Positions 34,033 through 48,009 are shown, numbered from the whole stretch's first letter. The stretch is DNA of 48,908 nucleotides, filler included, from Catajapyx aquilonaris (GCA_000934665.2; 3 parts of 3 records of this genome joined end to end with filler, not necessarily neighbours in it), one strand, 5' to 3'. Notes: generated by a model from the letters alone, not told the origin. Numbers and translations: made by a program.

Positions 34033-34679
34033 TATAACAGCTGAATGATTATTATTTATAAAGTGCAAAGGTTAAGACGAAATGGGGAGGCATGGTGGCC
34101 GATCTGGTAACAGCTTAGAGATGCCCTCTATTTCGTTTCCAGGAAGGTTCTGTTCCTAGAATTTTTTGTACGATTTTTTTCTTATTGATTTTTCGGGATT
34201 CAATGGATATTACAAAATCCGCATGTTTTGTTTCCCATTCTTGGAGTGTATTCTGGATTCTGAGAGTGATTTCCCTCTGCGGCTGTCTCTCAAGGATTTG
34301 GGGATTTCATGAGTCTGAAATACAGACGACGAAAAATAGGCAAGTTGCCCTTAGAGCTTCCGATTGATTCCTCACACAGTTTTGTGTACCGGTACCTAAA
34401 TTTTGAATATTATCAGGCATTTCTGTAGCTGACACCTTTAAAAATTCAAAGTGGAATGCATTGCATACAGGAGAATTTTCGGCGACTTATCTCTCCACTG
34501 ACAGAGATCTCAAGATAGAAGACCTTACCCAGAAAATGTTAAGAAGTTGTCATAGCAACACTCTTATTGCGACAACATGTGGCAACCTGCCACGTGGTTG
34601 CCCCTGCTGGTAACCCTGCCATGTAAAGCAGGCAACCGTGTACAGTACACTTGCGAGTGGTACTCCCAGGTAGTCCTTA

Positions 34680-34787
34680 GGTACTATATCGCCCAAAAAG
34701 ATAGAGACGATTTTGCATTTGACTCAAGTGCAACTTGCACTTGAATCAAATGCCAATCGTCTCTATCTTTTTGAGCGATATAGTACC
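34680..34787. mobile_element. PIF/Harbinger (Tourist-like) palindromic MITE
   Basis: GGTACTATATCGC...GCGATATAGTACC with 3-bp TTA TSD, nested in a copy of the 9430-9584 family. Confidence 0.75.
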
Positions 34788-35169
34788 TTACTCTTTGGTA
34801 CTCCTTGGTACTCTTTGAATTTGGTATTCCAGTGTACACTTTTCAGTCGTGTGGTTACCCCCTTGGAATAAGGCTTGTAGGTGTATTATACGTATAATAG
34901 AGGAATTGAGACAACATAAAAATTGATAAAGCAATGTAATGCAGCTAGTAATGTGTCAGAGAAGACAGCCAAGCCTGAAATTGCATTAATCTCCAGTCGA
35001 TGTGAATGACTGTTCATCCCTGTGGTAATAATTGGGAAGGCCATTTACACGCCTTTTTTCCGGCACATTTCCCTTCATTTCCAATCCCCTCTGAACATTG
35101 TCTTTCTGCATCAATTCCCATTAAAACGCGGGGACGCGAGGGAATAAATAATTTTTCTTTCCTTATCAA

Positions 35170-35930
35170 TAGAGTCGTGGAGAGATAATGAGCCTAACTT
35201 TTGCCCGGAATCGGCTTTTGCGGGACTCGTTGGTTGGGTTTTAGCTGGTTGGGGAAACTCAGGCAAGATGCAGCTATATGGAGGACCCCGAGGGGCATAC
35301 CGCCGTGAAATTTCTCAATTACTAGCCCTATATCGAGTAGGGATTAAACACTTCAGAGTTTGCGTGAACAATGGCAATTGGAGGATTCCTTCTGCGGGTT
35401 GTGGGTTGCCAGAACAAAGGAATCGCGCCTTGCCGGGACAGAGAAACGGTTCTGGAGCGCCCCAGTAGGTGGCAGTTATGTAACCGATGCCCGACTTATA
35501 GGAAAAAAAACATAAAATAAATAAATTGGTTAATTACGGCTGCATTGGCTTATCTCCCTGCCAGTGCTACCGTCTGAGTACACTAGGTACACTGTAGGTG
35601 GAGCATGAGAAAGACCTGGATCATATTAAGGAGATCACTCCGAAGAAGCTCAGATTCAGACTAATATTTCAGAACACTCGCCAAAATTGCAATTTCTACC
35701 AAGGCTGAGGAAAGAGTTTTTCTGGAAATTTGGGTCAAGAAGTTGAGGCCTTTGGATGCGGTATTATAATATACTACAAAACTCAGGAGTATTTGACGAG
35801 GAGTTTTTATTAACACTGCAGTTAATTCGAGTCGTGCTAATACACTCTTCTCACCAAAGAAGGAGTCCGGATTGAAAAGGCAAGTCCGGATTCCAGTGCC
35901 AGAATGACCAGAAGAATAGTGTGCCATTCC
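35170..35930 (-). pseudogene. Possible decayed non-LTR (LINE) reverse transcriptase fragment
   Basis: NPDSFFGEKSVLARLELTAVLIKTPRQ...ISRKTLSSALVEIAI loosely follows the spacing of RT motifs 2-3; many disablements. Confidence 0.25.
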
Positions 35931-38194
35931 AGGAGAATACCTGCTCCGGAATGTCCTTGCCTGCTTTTGTGCGCGGCCAAAGGGACCTGAAAGTTAATAT
36001 ATTCTCTGCGTTCCATCAATTACAGAGAAAGGCCTCGTTCCAGCCATGGGCATATACGTATATACTGGCTTGCAGAGGATTCTGCTATTATTCTGTCATG
36101 CATGCAACAAGCTTTGCTGATGCTGCTGCTCCTGCTTCCTTTCCTTTTATTTCTGGACATGGCATTTGCGGAACCTGCAGCATAGCAGTCAAACAATAGC
36201 TGGGCCAGGACTGCAACCCTATTGATGCAGCAGTAGTGAAGAGATTCAATTTACTATTTGCGTTGTGTTTCACGTTCGGGACCTTTATTTAGGTGGAGAC
36301 AGGACAACCTTATGTACGGAACTTGTGCATTTAATACTGTACATAGTGGGACAACCGCTCTACGATATAACGGAGTCGCCAATCTCCTATTTTCTTTCCG
36401 TACTCAACACTTTTCCGTTTTATGCGACATAAAGACTATAATAATTAGTGCATTGAACAACTCACCTCAAGACCACACCAAAATTCCCAAATGGATGTGT
36501 TTTCAATCTCAGCACGCGTTTTGAGAAAAAAAGGGGCTTTGAACGTCATACCTGTGAAATTTATTCAGTGTTCTTTTCGGTCAGTTATGGCAGAAGTATG
36601 CAGATTTCACCTATGTGATTTTAACTGAATGAAGTAGATCCTTTAACTTAGGAGTTTAGGTATAATTATGTTCCTGGGCTTAGCTCAATTTTGACATTTT
36701 TGTGGGTTGACAAAATTATTATTGCAGAACACGGTCCATGCATACCATTTGTGAGTTAACTTTTCGGTCATTTGTGGCAGAAGTATGCAGATTTCGCCAC
36801 CCTGATTTTAACTGAATGGAGTACTATCCTTTGGGCGCATGTTCCTGGCCTTAACTCAATTTTGCCATTTTTGTGGGTTGACCCATTATTGCATAACATC
36901 GTCCGTTTTTACCTTACTGTCATTGATTGGACCAAAGCACAAGACATTTTCCGCTCTATAACTGCACACTTGTCCTAAGCATACGGCCTTCTGCTGGTGT
37001 AAAAGGTGGAACTTTCACACAGGTGCGGTGCGGTGGTACAGTAGGCCTACCTCAAGTGCTACAAAGTACTGTAACCTGAAATGGAGCCGGGAGCGTGGTA
37101 CAATTTGGTTTATATTATCCAACTCGATTAATAACACTTTCTTCACCTGTTTTGTGCAAGATGTCCACACAGGAGGGTGAGTAATAATGACTTTTGGATT
37201 CTGTTCGATCACAATATATTGTCCAATTAGTATACAAAAATGGGGTATTCAGCAGAGATAGACAAATGATATGGCAGGGAAGGGATGCTGCGGGCATCTG
37301 CTCGCAACGTGGCTGCTCGGAGGCTTCTGCTCGTACTGCTTCTCGGAAGGCTTCTGATGCTCTTACTGCTGCTCATGCAGGCTGGACGTAATGGCTGGGA
37401 GCTCCAACCGTCGAGACTTCCAAATATCGAAGCCCCGGTATCTGATCCGCTGTGGTACACTGGGCCCCGACGATGGAGGGGCCCAGTGAAGACTGGCTGC
37501 AGCAACGCGCCCCAATGGGAGGCGGTTACCGTGAACTAGGAAGGGTGTTGCCTTATATTGGGCTACAGGCGCACGTGGTGCTGGGACCCCAAGGTTTGAT
37601 CGGAAAGGTGGAGTCGAGCTGGAAGCGGTCGAATAGGATAGTCTAATCTCTAAGTAAGTGTAAGGTGAGAGGGACTCTCACATTTTGTACACACACCTGG
37701 TAATGGAAGTTTTGGTCCTGCCTGTACATAATTATTCATATTATAATTTATGAAGCAATATGCCCGACTCCTTCTTAATCATTCTATCCTCAATTTAAAA
37801 GTGTGATATGATGAATACTTTTAATAAACTCCACTAACCTCCCTCATCGCGAGGTAGTGCATCACTTACATTGATAAGCAGACGCAGGCATCGACACCCG
37901 TAATGTTGTAAGTTACGTGTCACTCGCTCACAACTTACTGATATCAGCTTGGCAACAGCAGCAACCATATTGGACAACGCCTCTCTGGAACTAGAGATTC
38001 CTGTGTACAAAATGAAACCACTTCGTAAAGTAAAAGTAGACTGTATTAAAGTGACGAGGAAATCACCCAAACAGCTGTGAACACAACACTACCGGTATGT
38101 AATGATGGTGTTAATGCTCATTTAATTCATTTGTAACATATAATTTAAAACATACTTTTTGCATTACTGACACTGTCGTTACTGATAATAATTA

Positions 38195-38360
38195 TAGAGT
38201 GAAGTGGGGGAAGTGCACACCCGGGGTAAGTGCACATATTGTGCCGCCATATTGGAATGAAAATGGCTGACGACACCAAAACGCGTCAGCTATGTAGCTG
38301 CACAATGGCGGCACAATATGTGCACTTACCCCGGGTGTGCACTTCCCCCACTTCACCCTA
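38195..38360. mobile_element. Palindromic MITE (pogo/Tc1-like)
   Basis: ~55-bp arms TAG.GTGAAGTGGGGGAAGTGCACACCCGGGGTAAGTGCACATATTGTGCCGCCAT and its reverse complement. Confidence 0.75.
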
Positions 38361-39516
38361 CAGTATTTGGGTCATTGTGTTTTGCGCTAGTTTCGGGATA
38401 AATCTCCGGAGATAAGTTATATTGAAATGCCACGTTTTTCGTGCAAATATTATAGGCTCTCGTCATTGTTGAGTAACGACATCAGTAGCAATTTTTGCTG
38501 ATAAAAGTCTATTTTCAAAATGTGTCATTCACTTTCAACATGTACCGTAGGCTATATTCTTTCGCCTGTAAACATACGTAATATGGGAAATGAGATGAGG
38601 GCTTCAAGAAACTGCTTCAGAATCAATTTTATCACTTTACTCATCATAAATAGACAAGTTTATTTTTTCCTTCGCATGACCATTTTATAGCAATAGTTTT
38701 GCTCTCTTTTTTTGCATTTGTTGCGCCTTCAAAGGGAAGTGTTGAAGGACCCTTGAATATCGCGTCTGTCAAAGCGGAAGAGATTGCAGGCGCTCGGGTT
38801 TGTAAACGATAACGTCAGAGAGAGAGAAAAGTGTTTTGTCGGGTAGGTGGAGTAAAAAGGAGGTAAGGGGGGAGGGAGGAAAAAAAACCAACCCTTTTTT
38901 TGGGGGTTTCCAATCAACATGGCATCGGCTTTGATTCGATTCTCTGCGCATTAGTTTCTGCTCCATTCGGGTGGAAAAGGCTGCCTGAAAATGGAAATTG
39001 AATTCCGCTCGTTCCTAAAACATAAAGGAAGTGTGGATCCGGACAAGATAATGCGGTTAATTATTGACTGCATTGTTATCAGTTGGAAGATGGAGCCCAT
39101 AATACTGAGGAACTCGGCTATGAAATGCACTAACCTGCAAAAATGCGTGAAAAATTGTAATAATGCTAGATTTGAGAACTTCTTATTCTTTATCTTCGGC
39201 ATTTATTATCATCGTTAAATATGTAATGAGTTATTTTTGAATGCCAAGAATGCCAACAGTTTCTTTAAACGATAAGATTATCATCGCTTAAAGAAACTGT
39301 TACTTGTCTTGGCTTAAATTGTCATGCTTGTAAAAAAGATACTTGCCATTATTTTTATATAGTGCGATGTGAAATGCTTCTTTCAAGAGTCGAAGTATTC
39401 AAAATGAAACATGAAATTCAGAACAATAAGAGTCATATTTATGTCAAAATTTAGGTAGGCATTGTTCAATAGAGTCTTCAATAGAGTGTATACAAAGCTT
39501 ATAATACCGGTATCTG

Positions 39517-39665
39517 GGGAGGTGCAGATGGCCGAGATGGCAACGTCTCGGCTTGCTGAGTGAAAGGCCCCAGGTTCGATCCCCGCCTGGGAGTTCCCTT
39601 CCACCTGCGTCGGGGGGTCTCTGACCTGCACCTTGGAGGTGTCTGGCAATCTAACCTCCTGGGGA
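39517..39665 (+). mobile_element. tRNA-derived SINE head and body
   Basis: A box TGGCCGAGATGG; B box GGTTCGATCCC; second copy at 770-890. Confidence 0.75.
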
Positions 39666-40227
39666 ACAGCACAATCATGACCCCTTTACAGACCTTGCAC
39701 TTTGTAACGGTATTCCCACTTGCCCTGCCATCTAACAATTCATCCAGCCCATCATATCCGAGCTATCCCTTGCATTGTCCTCCACCACTCAGTCCAATTC
39801 CTGCTCCCTACCTCCCGTAAAACTTTCCCTCAAACTTGTATGATGCAATGAAGGACACCCTTATTGCCCAACTGCCCAACGATCCTCTCTTGACCTCGCC
39901 ACCCCCCCCCCCCCCTGGTTTTTGGGGAATCCTCCAGTCCTCCCCTCACTATACAATGTACTTGATATTTGTGTCAATACATACTTTCCAACTACTCTCG
40001 ACTCCATATTCTTTCCTTTCACCCCCTGTGACACTTACCCTCTGACTTATTGGGTGAAAAGTGTCGCAACTTGCACCCCATGTTCCCTGCTCAAAAATCC
40101 CTATCCTTACCCATGTCCCTGTCTCCTTGCACCGGTGAGCGAAGAAAAAATAGTACATAGTTACTAGAAAACTGATGGTGGTGTGCCACCCCCCTAAAAA
40201 GGCTCCGCCTTATCACGGGGTAATTTA

Positions 40228-40247
40228 TTATAATAATAATAATAATA

Positions 40248-40345
<98 letters not shown>
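40228..40345. repeat. Compound microsatellite (AAT)n(GAT)n(AAT)n
   Basis: Directly visible. Confidence 0.95.
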
Positions 40346-40346
<1 letters not shown>

Positions 40347-41119
40347 TCTCGTATCCTACGCCATTTAAATTGCCAAAGGAACTTGCACCAAAGATTGCGA
40401 CCAGAATATTGTCACAGGTCAATCAGGTAAGATATTCTAAGGGTTATTTGCAAGGTTGTTTCATGTGCAGGAGCAGGAAAAGTAGGCCTATCGTAGAGTT
40501 TGGCACACAATTCCTCGTCTTCATCTTTCAACCTGACTTATCTTCAGCCTGGGCAATATCTTGTGGATTTTCTTTTTCTCAATTTTTCAAAAACTTTTTT
40601 CTTCACCTCCATAGCATCATTTCAAGAAGCTCCTGCATCGGAGGGCCCTTCTCCACTTGGCAGAAACTCTATGAAAAAAATTGCACCGAAACTTTTAATT
40701 TCACTTACACTCGGCTGGAAACACCTCCAGACAGTGAATGATTGCTCGAGATGGCGCCAGAGAGAAAATGAGAGAGTTTTTGCGGATGACGGGAAAGATG
40801 TGCATGAGGCCTTAATAAGAAGAAGTCGCAATTAGGTACTTGTCCATGAGATTGTTGGCCTGCACCGAGTGCATTTCTCTGTTCTCATCCAGATTGCAAT
40901 TTCCTCCGCTCACTCATTAAGAGTGCTTTCCTTGCTCCTATTGCTCCCAGCCTGCTACCTGACTCCAAACACTTGATCCTGTTTGCTTTTGCCTCGCCAT
41001 AGTCTCCAGAATAGTGGGAAGAGAAAGACCCAAAAATGGAAGACTAAGGCGAGAATCTCCTCCCCTTTCTTTGGGTGCAAATTCCTTATCTGCCTGTATA
41101 TTATATTGCTCAACGTTAA

Positions 41120-41555
41120 CCCTGCGTCGGTGACGTGGGGGCATTTTGACCCCAGCACCATATTTTTAAATGTTTAATTATAACTCAAGAAATTTTGGTC
41201 ATTTTCGTTTCTCCTTTTCGAACTTCTTCAATTGGTTACTGGTTTGAAATTTTAGAGCAATTACCGCGATCACAAAAAATTAACTACTAAATGATGCAGC
41301 AGGGGAGAGGTGGCCGGGAGTTACGGATATGTGTTGGTGCAGGGGGGGGGGGCACATTTCGTAAGATTAAGATACGGTGAGTCAATTAAATCCACTTTTT
41401 GCCAAATACAATATCTGTACTTATTGTGCCATTGTACCATATCGCAAAAGACGCTAAATCTCTCTTGAAGGTGCGAAAAAAGTTCAAATACATTTGGGGA
41501 CAAAATGCTCCCACGTCACCGGATAAGGAACTTTTCTCACGTCACCACCCGAAGG
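41120..41555. mobile_element. piggyBac-like MITE
   Basis: TTAA|CCCTGCGTCGGTGACGTG...CACGTCACCACCCGAAGG|TTAA, with inverted subterminal GGGGCATTTTGACCCCA / TGGGGACAAAATGCTCCC. Confidence 0.55.
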
Positions 41556-42949
41556 TTAACAGGCACTGGTTTCATCCACATGATACCTTCCAAGTGTGAA
41601 CTTTTTATCCCTACAATGGTCTGTGTTGTTGAAATTTTACAGCCCTACAAGTGGTTTGAGATCTCCTTTTCCGGTATTTACTTTTTTGCATATTATTTGA
41701 CCCTCAAATAATTCAGAAGGTCGATTCGACACGTTTCAAGCGCGGAGGCCATTCAAGATTTTTCGTTTTTTGTGTGGGTATGAGGTCCGGGCGAAAAGAA
41801 TCAGGTTTCCGCAATCACGTCCTTTTGTTGTCAGAGCCGTTCCCCTTTGTCGAGTCGACTCTAGTTTCCGGTATGAAAATGGTTTTTGTCGAACAATGGC
41901 CATGCATGGAGGGTAAGTATAGATGCCATTAACAGAGCAAAGTTTGTACACTGCGGGCTTCAAAGTGAGCGGTACCGTGCACACTAGGGCGGACAAAGTC
42001 ATTTTCAAGTAAGGGACCGCACTTCATTTGAGATAGGATGCTGCAAAATTTATGGGAAGTAGCCAAAGGGAAAGGGCTATTCTTTGACGTAAATGAAGGC
42101 AAATGTGAAGTGCTGATTTACCTAGTTTGACAGATTTTGGTGACGGCCATGTCAGAGTACAAAGGTTTCATGAGTGGTCTTTCACTGTGATAGAATACAT
42201 GTATTTCTCCACATGTAATTGGGGTTAAGGGTTGCCTTCAAAAATATATAATACTAAGGTTATTTATACGTTTTTATGAGTTAGTTTGGTCAGTTGTGTG
42301 AACATCAATTAAGGGAAAATCCCCAACCAATGCAATATGACATTGAATGCAATATTCAATATAACTGCCGTCTGTCTCTCCTTCCAGTTATACAGGGTGT
42401 TTCAACTATTTTGTCCGAACAGTTATCCGAAATATTGCACTATAAGCTGCTACTTTGTAAGCAGTGACTTGCAACCAGTTTGTCGGCTTCTTGCGCGTGA
42501 AAGACCAAATTCGTCCTCGGAGAGTTTTCGGAAATATCGGCCAGCCATGTCCAGCTTCATTTTAAGGGTCATTCAAAAAATCTTAAAATGGTCCAAGTTT
42601 GAGATAAATTAAAATCAAAATTGGAGAGCCAAATTTTGACTTTAAATTTTTGATTCTCGTAATCATCAATATGGCCATCCCATAGAGCGTTAAAATAGGT
42701 ATCTAACGCACACATCAAGTTTCGGATTTGTACTTATCCTCTTGGAGTTATGGTAATCCAAGTGACTGCATGTGAAGCAAAAATCCGTATAAATTGGTAG
42801 ATTCCGCACACTGTAGTTACGCAACCACGCAACGCAGAGGTATAATAATTTGGCTTCCTGCATAGGTCGATGAGTAGTACATGTCACTAAATTTTGGTCA
42901 AGGTCCTCAAAGATTTGTCGGAAAGGTGGGCCGCTTGACGTGGGGTATA

Positions 42950-43132
42950 CAGGGTGATCAAACTTTTTGTCGTTTTAGTTATTGACAAATTCGGCCTAAG
43001 CTGCTTATATTGTAGCGCGTTACCTGGCAACTCCGTCCGATGGGCCAATTCAAACACGAGCATGTGGAGAGTGCTTCCATTGTTGCCACTGTTTGCCAAC
43101 AGTGGCAACAATGGAAGCACTCTCCATACGCT
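42950..43132 (+). mobile_element. Rearranged fragment of the 24873-25620 MITE family
   Basis: TA|CAGGGTG...TTGACAAATTCGGCCTAAGCTGCTTAT...; it ends in a short hairpin formed from the inner parts of both TIRs. Confidence 0.7.
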
Positions 43133-43731
43133 GATTTATTATATATATAGGGGTGGCGATAATCAAAAAGAGTGGCCAGTTCCAGTTATCGTACAGATCC
43201 CAAATTTTGTACAAAAATTGGCCCTCATCTGAAACCCCCAGGAAAAGTCTAAAACCGTAAGTCGCCCATCTTGGGTCCAGACTACCGCCATTCAAACACG
43301 AAAAAAATTCAACAAAAATGCAACAATGCCAATACATGATATATGGTCTCCATAGTACCAATGTATTGACATTGTTACAAAGAGAATTCTAGAGGCAAGA
43401 CGTGTCTTTCTCTCACTCCCTATTCCAAACCAAACTCTTGGCTTTGTTAACAGTGCAGTTGGGTCTGTAGTCACAGTCAGTGTGACATACCACACCGATG
43501 CGCCATAAAAAGTTAAATCTGTAAGAACTACATTTTCAATCGGTCAGGAGTTAATACTGGTTAATACCAATCAAGAGCAAATTTCAAATTACGGCAAACG
43601 CATTCTTCCATATGAAACAGTTCCCAGACAGTTCGTGACGGCATCACGATTCATAAGAGCCAGGGTTTGAGCTTAGACAGTGCCCTTTTCGACATTGGCT
43701 CGTCACTTTTCTGTTGTGGTCAATTCACTCA

Positions 43732-43799
<68 letters not shown>
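43732..43799. repeat. (TAA)n microsatellite
   Basis: Directly visible. Confidence 0.95.
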
Positions 43800-44186
43800 G
43801 GGTTCCTAGGAAAAAGGGCCTCATTCCATAAATACTGAAGAGGAGAAATACAAAAATATGTATTTCTAGCCTCTGGATTACATTCTAATCAAAATTTGAA
43901 AACATGCAAGATACAGTGACAGCACTGGAGTTTGAGTATCACCAAAACAAAGAATATTGTACCAACCTAAGTACGGTATGATAAAAGAATTATTAATTAT
44001 TCACTTAATGGAAGGAGGCCCTTCTTACCCAAGGCCTTATATTTTGAGGCCCTAAATGAGGGGGAAGGAGGCCCTTTTCGGACACAATTTCTTTTCCACC
44101 ATGAAGCTTTGCAAATCTTCTACAAGATGGTAGCGATATCTCAATTTCTGAATTTTGTGGAATGGGGCCCTTTTTCCTAAGAGCCC
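43800..44186. mobile_element. PIF/Harbinger-type MITE
   Basis: GGGTTCCTAGGAAAAAGGGCC.CATTCCA / TGGAATGGGGCCCTTTTTCCTAAGAGCCC; TAA on both flanks. Confidence 0.7.
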
Positions 44187-44486
44187 TAATTATTCTAAGA
44201 GGCATCCAAAGGTCCCTGACCGAGTCTGGGCTGCATCCAAATATGTACATCGGGTTCTAGAGGATAACCAGACAGATCTGCAATGTCAAGTCTCATACCA
44301 TGCTGCCGGTGGTCGGGGGGGGGGGGNGGGGGGGGGGGGGTCGTCGTGGACAATACTCAAGGTGAATGCAGCGCCAATAGATTCTCGCGACAAGGACATT
44401 GGCTAAATTTGGCAGCTAACTTTTTACTTTCTTCGTGTCATTCATTCATTCAACCTTGATTCAACTTAAGAAAAAGTGGGGAGATC

Positions 44487-45110
44487 CCCCTCAAAAAGAC
44501 ACTCGTAAAAAACGCGCCAAGTTGTCTACCGAAAAAACCTGTGAGAGAGTGTCTGGGAGCCAAGCCTTGTCCACTCCGCCGTACAAAGTCGTGAGATCGT
44601 GGTGGACGCCAAGCCTTTCTTCGAGGCTATAAGCTAAGTGAAATGACTTGGCCGGACTTGGTTCACGGGCACGAGGAACAATGCGATACGCCGTTTAATA
44701 CAATAGAAAGTAAACTTTTAACACTCATTGGTAGAGCCATTACCCAAAAATGTGACCTTCGAATTGAATATTTACTTTAAACTGTCAATGGTGGAGCAGT
44801 AAGGTAAAAACTCCACCTTAAACGTACATATACCGCACATGATTACAATCTCGGTTTATTAGACTTGAAAATTGAGTCGTACAGCTAAAATTGGGAGAAC
44901 AGTATAACTTTACCAAATTCCAGCGAACTGAACGCGTATTGTTCCTCGTGCACGTGAACCAAGTCCGGCGAAGAAAGGCTTGGCGTCCACCACGATCTCA
45001 CGACTTTGTACGGCGGAGTGGACAACGCTTGGCGCCCAGACGTACGCTATCTCACAGGTTTTTTCGGCAGACGACTTGGCGCGTTTTTTTACGAGTGCGT
45101 TTTTGAGGGG
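44487..45110. mobile_element. Long-TIR non-autonomous element with CCC...GGG ends and 2-bp TSD (EnSpm/CACTA-like)
   Basis: At least 135 bp of inverted repeat (CCCCTCAAAA.ACACTCGTAAAAAACGCGCCAAGT...); TC on both flanks. Confidence 0.7.
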
Positions 45111-45137
45111 TCATACATACAAGAATATAACAGAACC

Positions 45138-45405
45138 AGGTTGGCGTAGTGGTTAAGGAGTCCGACTGCTAATCGGGAGGTTCTGGGTTCGAATCCCGGG
45201 GCCTACGATCCTGACCGTGGTTTTCTGTGAGTTTCCACGGTCCCCCCAGGATAATTCCGGGGTCGCTTCCGTATAATAGGCCACAGCTGCTTCCTTCCTT
45301 CCCTATCCTTGGTCCCATCCTCGTGTGAAAGTTTCAGAAATAATTTGAGCGGTAAAATGGTGGTATCCCACCTAATGGAGCGCTAATTCTCCCAATGGGG
45401 TAAAA

Positions 45406-45452
<47 letters not shown>
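45138..45452 (+). mobile_element. SINE with a tRNA-Ser(GCT)-like head
   Basis: A box TGGCGTAGTGG; anticodon arm TCCGA-CTGCTAA-TCGGG; T arm CTGGG-TTCGAAT-CCCGG. No paired acceptor stem. Followed by a SINE-like body and a (TAAA)n tract. Confidence 0.7.
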
Positions 45453-45453
<1 letters not shown>

Positions 45454-46029
45454 ACATACAAGAATACACTTAACCTGTTGGAGGAAATAACACAAGTAGC
45501 TAGGCTATCAATAGCATTGAACGAACAAACTGAACAAAGGCAACAACCAAGCGCGGTAAACATTTAGCGTAAATCAATAGCCTTTATAGTAGCCTCGCTA
45601 TTATATCACGTAATCGAATCAATCCGACCACACTTTGGAAAGAACAAATTAATGAGCAAATTATTTGCCTTGCTTATGATAATTTCCGAGGTAGCTTGTA
45701 ATCGGACAACTTCACGACTTGCCGAGTTTCCTATCGCACTCAGTAAATCTGGAGTGTGTCGCATTCACATGAGATTAAAGTAAATAACCTTTTTGGGACA
45801 ACACAAAAGTTTAAATAATACTGACCATATTGTTGTTACTTCTTTGGGAACATATGGATGCTGACCCCGAATGGCCTTATCATCTCCACACCAGAGTAAT
45901 CATGACCAAGCACCGATCAAGGAAATAAAGCTATAATAAAGACGTTATTATTTTGATTGTAATAGGAAATGGAGAAACTTGAGAAAACCCATCCTCGCAA
46001 GGTGAAACTCTTTCCCCGGGATAAAATCC

Positions 46030-46100
46030 TCTGTGACACCCGAGGATCAAACGCGAGTCCTCAGAGGTCTAATGCAGTGGGCCTAACCACTACGCCATCA
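46030..46100 (-). mobile_element. Degenerate tRNA-derived SINE head
   Basis: Minus strand TGGCGTAGTGG (A box) and GTTTGATCCT (B-box-like). Confidence 0.4.
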
Positions 46101-47199
46101 CGCCACCTCATACATGGTGATATAACTACAGTCCAAGTTCTAAAAAGTGGCAGATTTCCTCTTCAGACACCACTGATTGTTGCTTTAAACTGGCTTCATA
46201 TTTAAACTTATTTCCTTAAGCTATGGATTTGGCCACATCATCTCCCTGCAAGAGTGTATACCAGTGGTTAGCACATTTCTGACTCCCAAGCGGCGTATTA
46301 TTTTATAAGCAGTTACCTTCGAAGAACTCTTATGTCCGATTGCACCAACGACATTACCGATTAGATAGCTCCTAAGTAGCTATCGGATCGGTATTTTCGG
46401 TTGGTGCAATTGGCATTACTGTGAAGTGGAGAAATGGAGGACGGCGCTCATCCAAAATAGCATGGCACCCCAATAATTATTGTATAAGCCTACTAAAGTA
46501 GCTTAAAATCAGTAGGCTTTTATTTACAGCACTGCCTCTTATCACACGCAAAATCACCTACTTCTCTGCCTTCAGACCTCACTTATCACATAGCTTGCAA
46601 ATATAGGTGGTTAGAATTTGGAAATTTTATTAATTGCGACTCTTTATTTGTGGCTGTTTCTACAGGATATGTTTAGCGGAATTTTCAATCTAGAGGAAAT
46701 CGCAACACAGTAATGACATTGGCATCTTCATGCACAGAACATTATCTTCAATATTGGAAAAAATGTGGGCAATTCCATTCTTGGCTATTCAAGTGAACGA
46801 TCATGGTCGCAATGTGGTAATTTTGGATTATGTTTCTTCTGATTGTTAAGACAGTATTATAGAGTAGTGCTTTCACCACTCTTGGGGTACCTGTATATCG
46901 CACGGACCTTTATTATTGCCCAGTACATACAGTATGCCGGTCAACGACCTCTTCTACCACCTTCCCCCCCCCCCACCGCATCCGGTGCCCTCCTCCCAAC
47001 TTATAACCCCTGCTGTGGATACCCTATATATATATATATGGGGTGAACTAAGAGCAAATTGTCTCTCTGGCTTCTCATCCTTTACCCTGCACTGACCCCA
47101 TCCCCTCCTTCCCTCCTTCCCCCCATTACTTTGTAGCTTGTCTTGTAGTGTACTGTAAATACATATAGTGATTAGCCCACCTTTGCCTTTCATTCCTCC

Positions 47200-47430
47200 T
47201 CTGTCCTCAACATATTGCTACAACAAGGAAGGCGCTGTTATAGTTTCTAGTCATTTCAGACTCTCGTAATACCAAACCTTTTCTCCTGGCCCTGGGCAGA
47301 GAATGGAGTGCAAGTCTGCCCGGACACGTCGGGTGAAAGACGGAAAGAGATTCGACCAAGCGAAGGTGACTGGGGCGAGATTTGAACCCCGGAACTGGCT
47401 GACCAGTAGCATAGCCACTAGACCAGCACC
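47200..47430 (-). mobile_element. tRNA-derived SINE-like element
   Basis: Minus strand TGGTCTAGTGG (A box) and GGTTCAAATCT (B box). Confidence 0.4.
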
Positions 47431-47672
47431 GTGCCCCCCCCCCCCCCNCCCCCCCCCCTATTTAGAGTAATTACGGTTTTAGAGAAAAGGTAATGTTTGC
47501 AAAAAATGGACAGAAGTGACAACGCAATATTTAAAAATTCGAATTTTTTAAATGGTGACTGATATCTATTACAAATTTTCATAATGTATAGCTCAAGGAA
47601 AACTGGATTTTGAAGGGCGTGGCTGATTCAATCGCACATTATACGCCTACCTCAATGTGTTGATATGTAAGT

Positions 47673-47785
47673 AAAAAAGCTTAGATTTATAATAAGTACC
47701 TTTTCTTGTGTCTGCCTGGGGACTACAGTCCCCAGGCTTACACAAGAAAATGTACTTATTATATAAGTAAATCTAAGCTTTTTTA
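47673..47785. repeat. Palindromic MITE-like element
   Basis: AAAAAAGCTTAGATTTA...GCCTGGGGACT-AC-AGTCCCCAGGC...TAAATCTAAGCTTTTTT. Confidence 0.6.
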
Positions 47786-48009
47786 TCTGCAAAAATTACT
47801 ACGAGGAAATCTTGAAATGTATGTACATTAATTTCTTTCATATGTTACTTCTGTGTACATGAAAAGGACGTCACAAATCTAATGTTCATACAAGCCATAA
47901 GTATAATTTTATTTTTAAAAACTATTTATGGTTTTGAAGAGCCTTTGACCTTTCACTAACGACCGCATTATACACAGCCAAAATATTCTTTTCCCTATTG
48001 TATCAATAT

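Noticed and set aside
40175..40741. 188-aa ORF with poly-N and poly-D runs
   Set aside because: It is driven by the compound microsatellite and has no recognisable domain. A faint piggyBac-like TCDN on the minus strand was too weak to call.
45138..45210. Functional tRNA-Ser(GCT) gene
   Set aside because: No paired acceptor stem and no long variable arm, and it runs into a SINE-like body.
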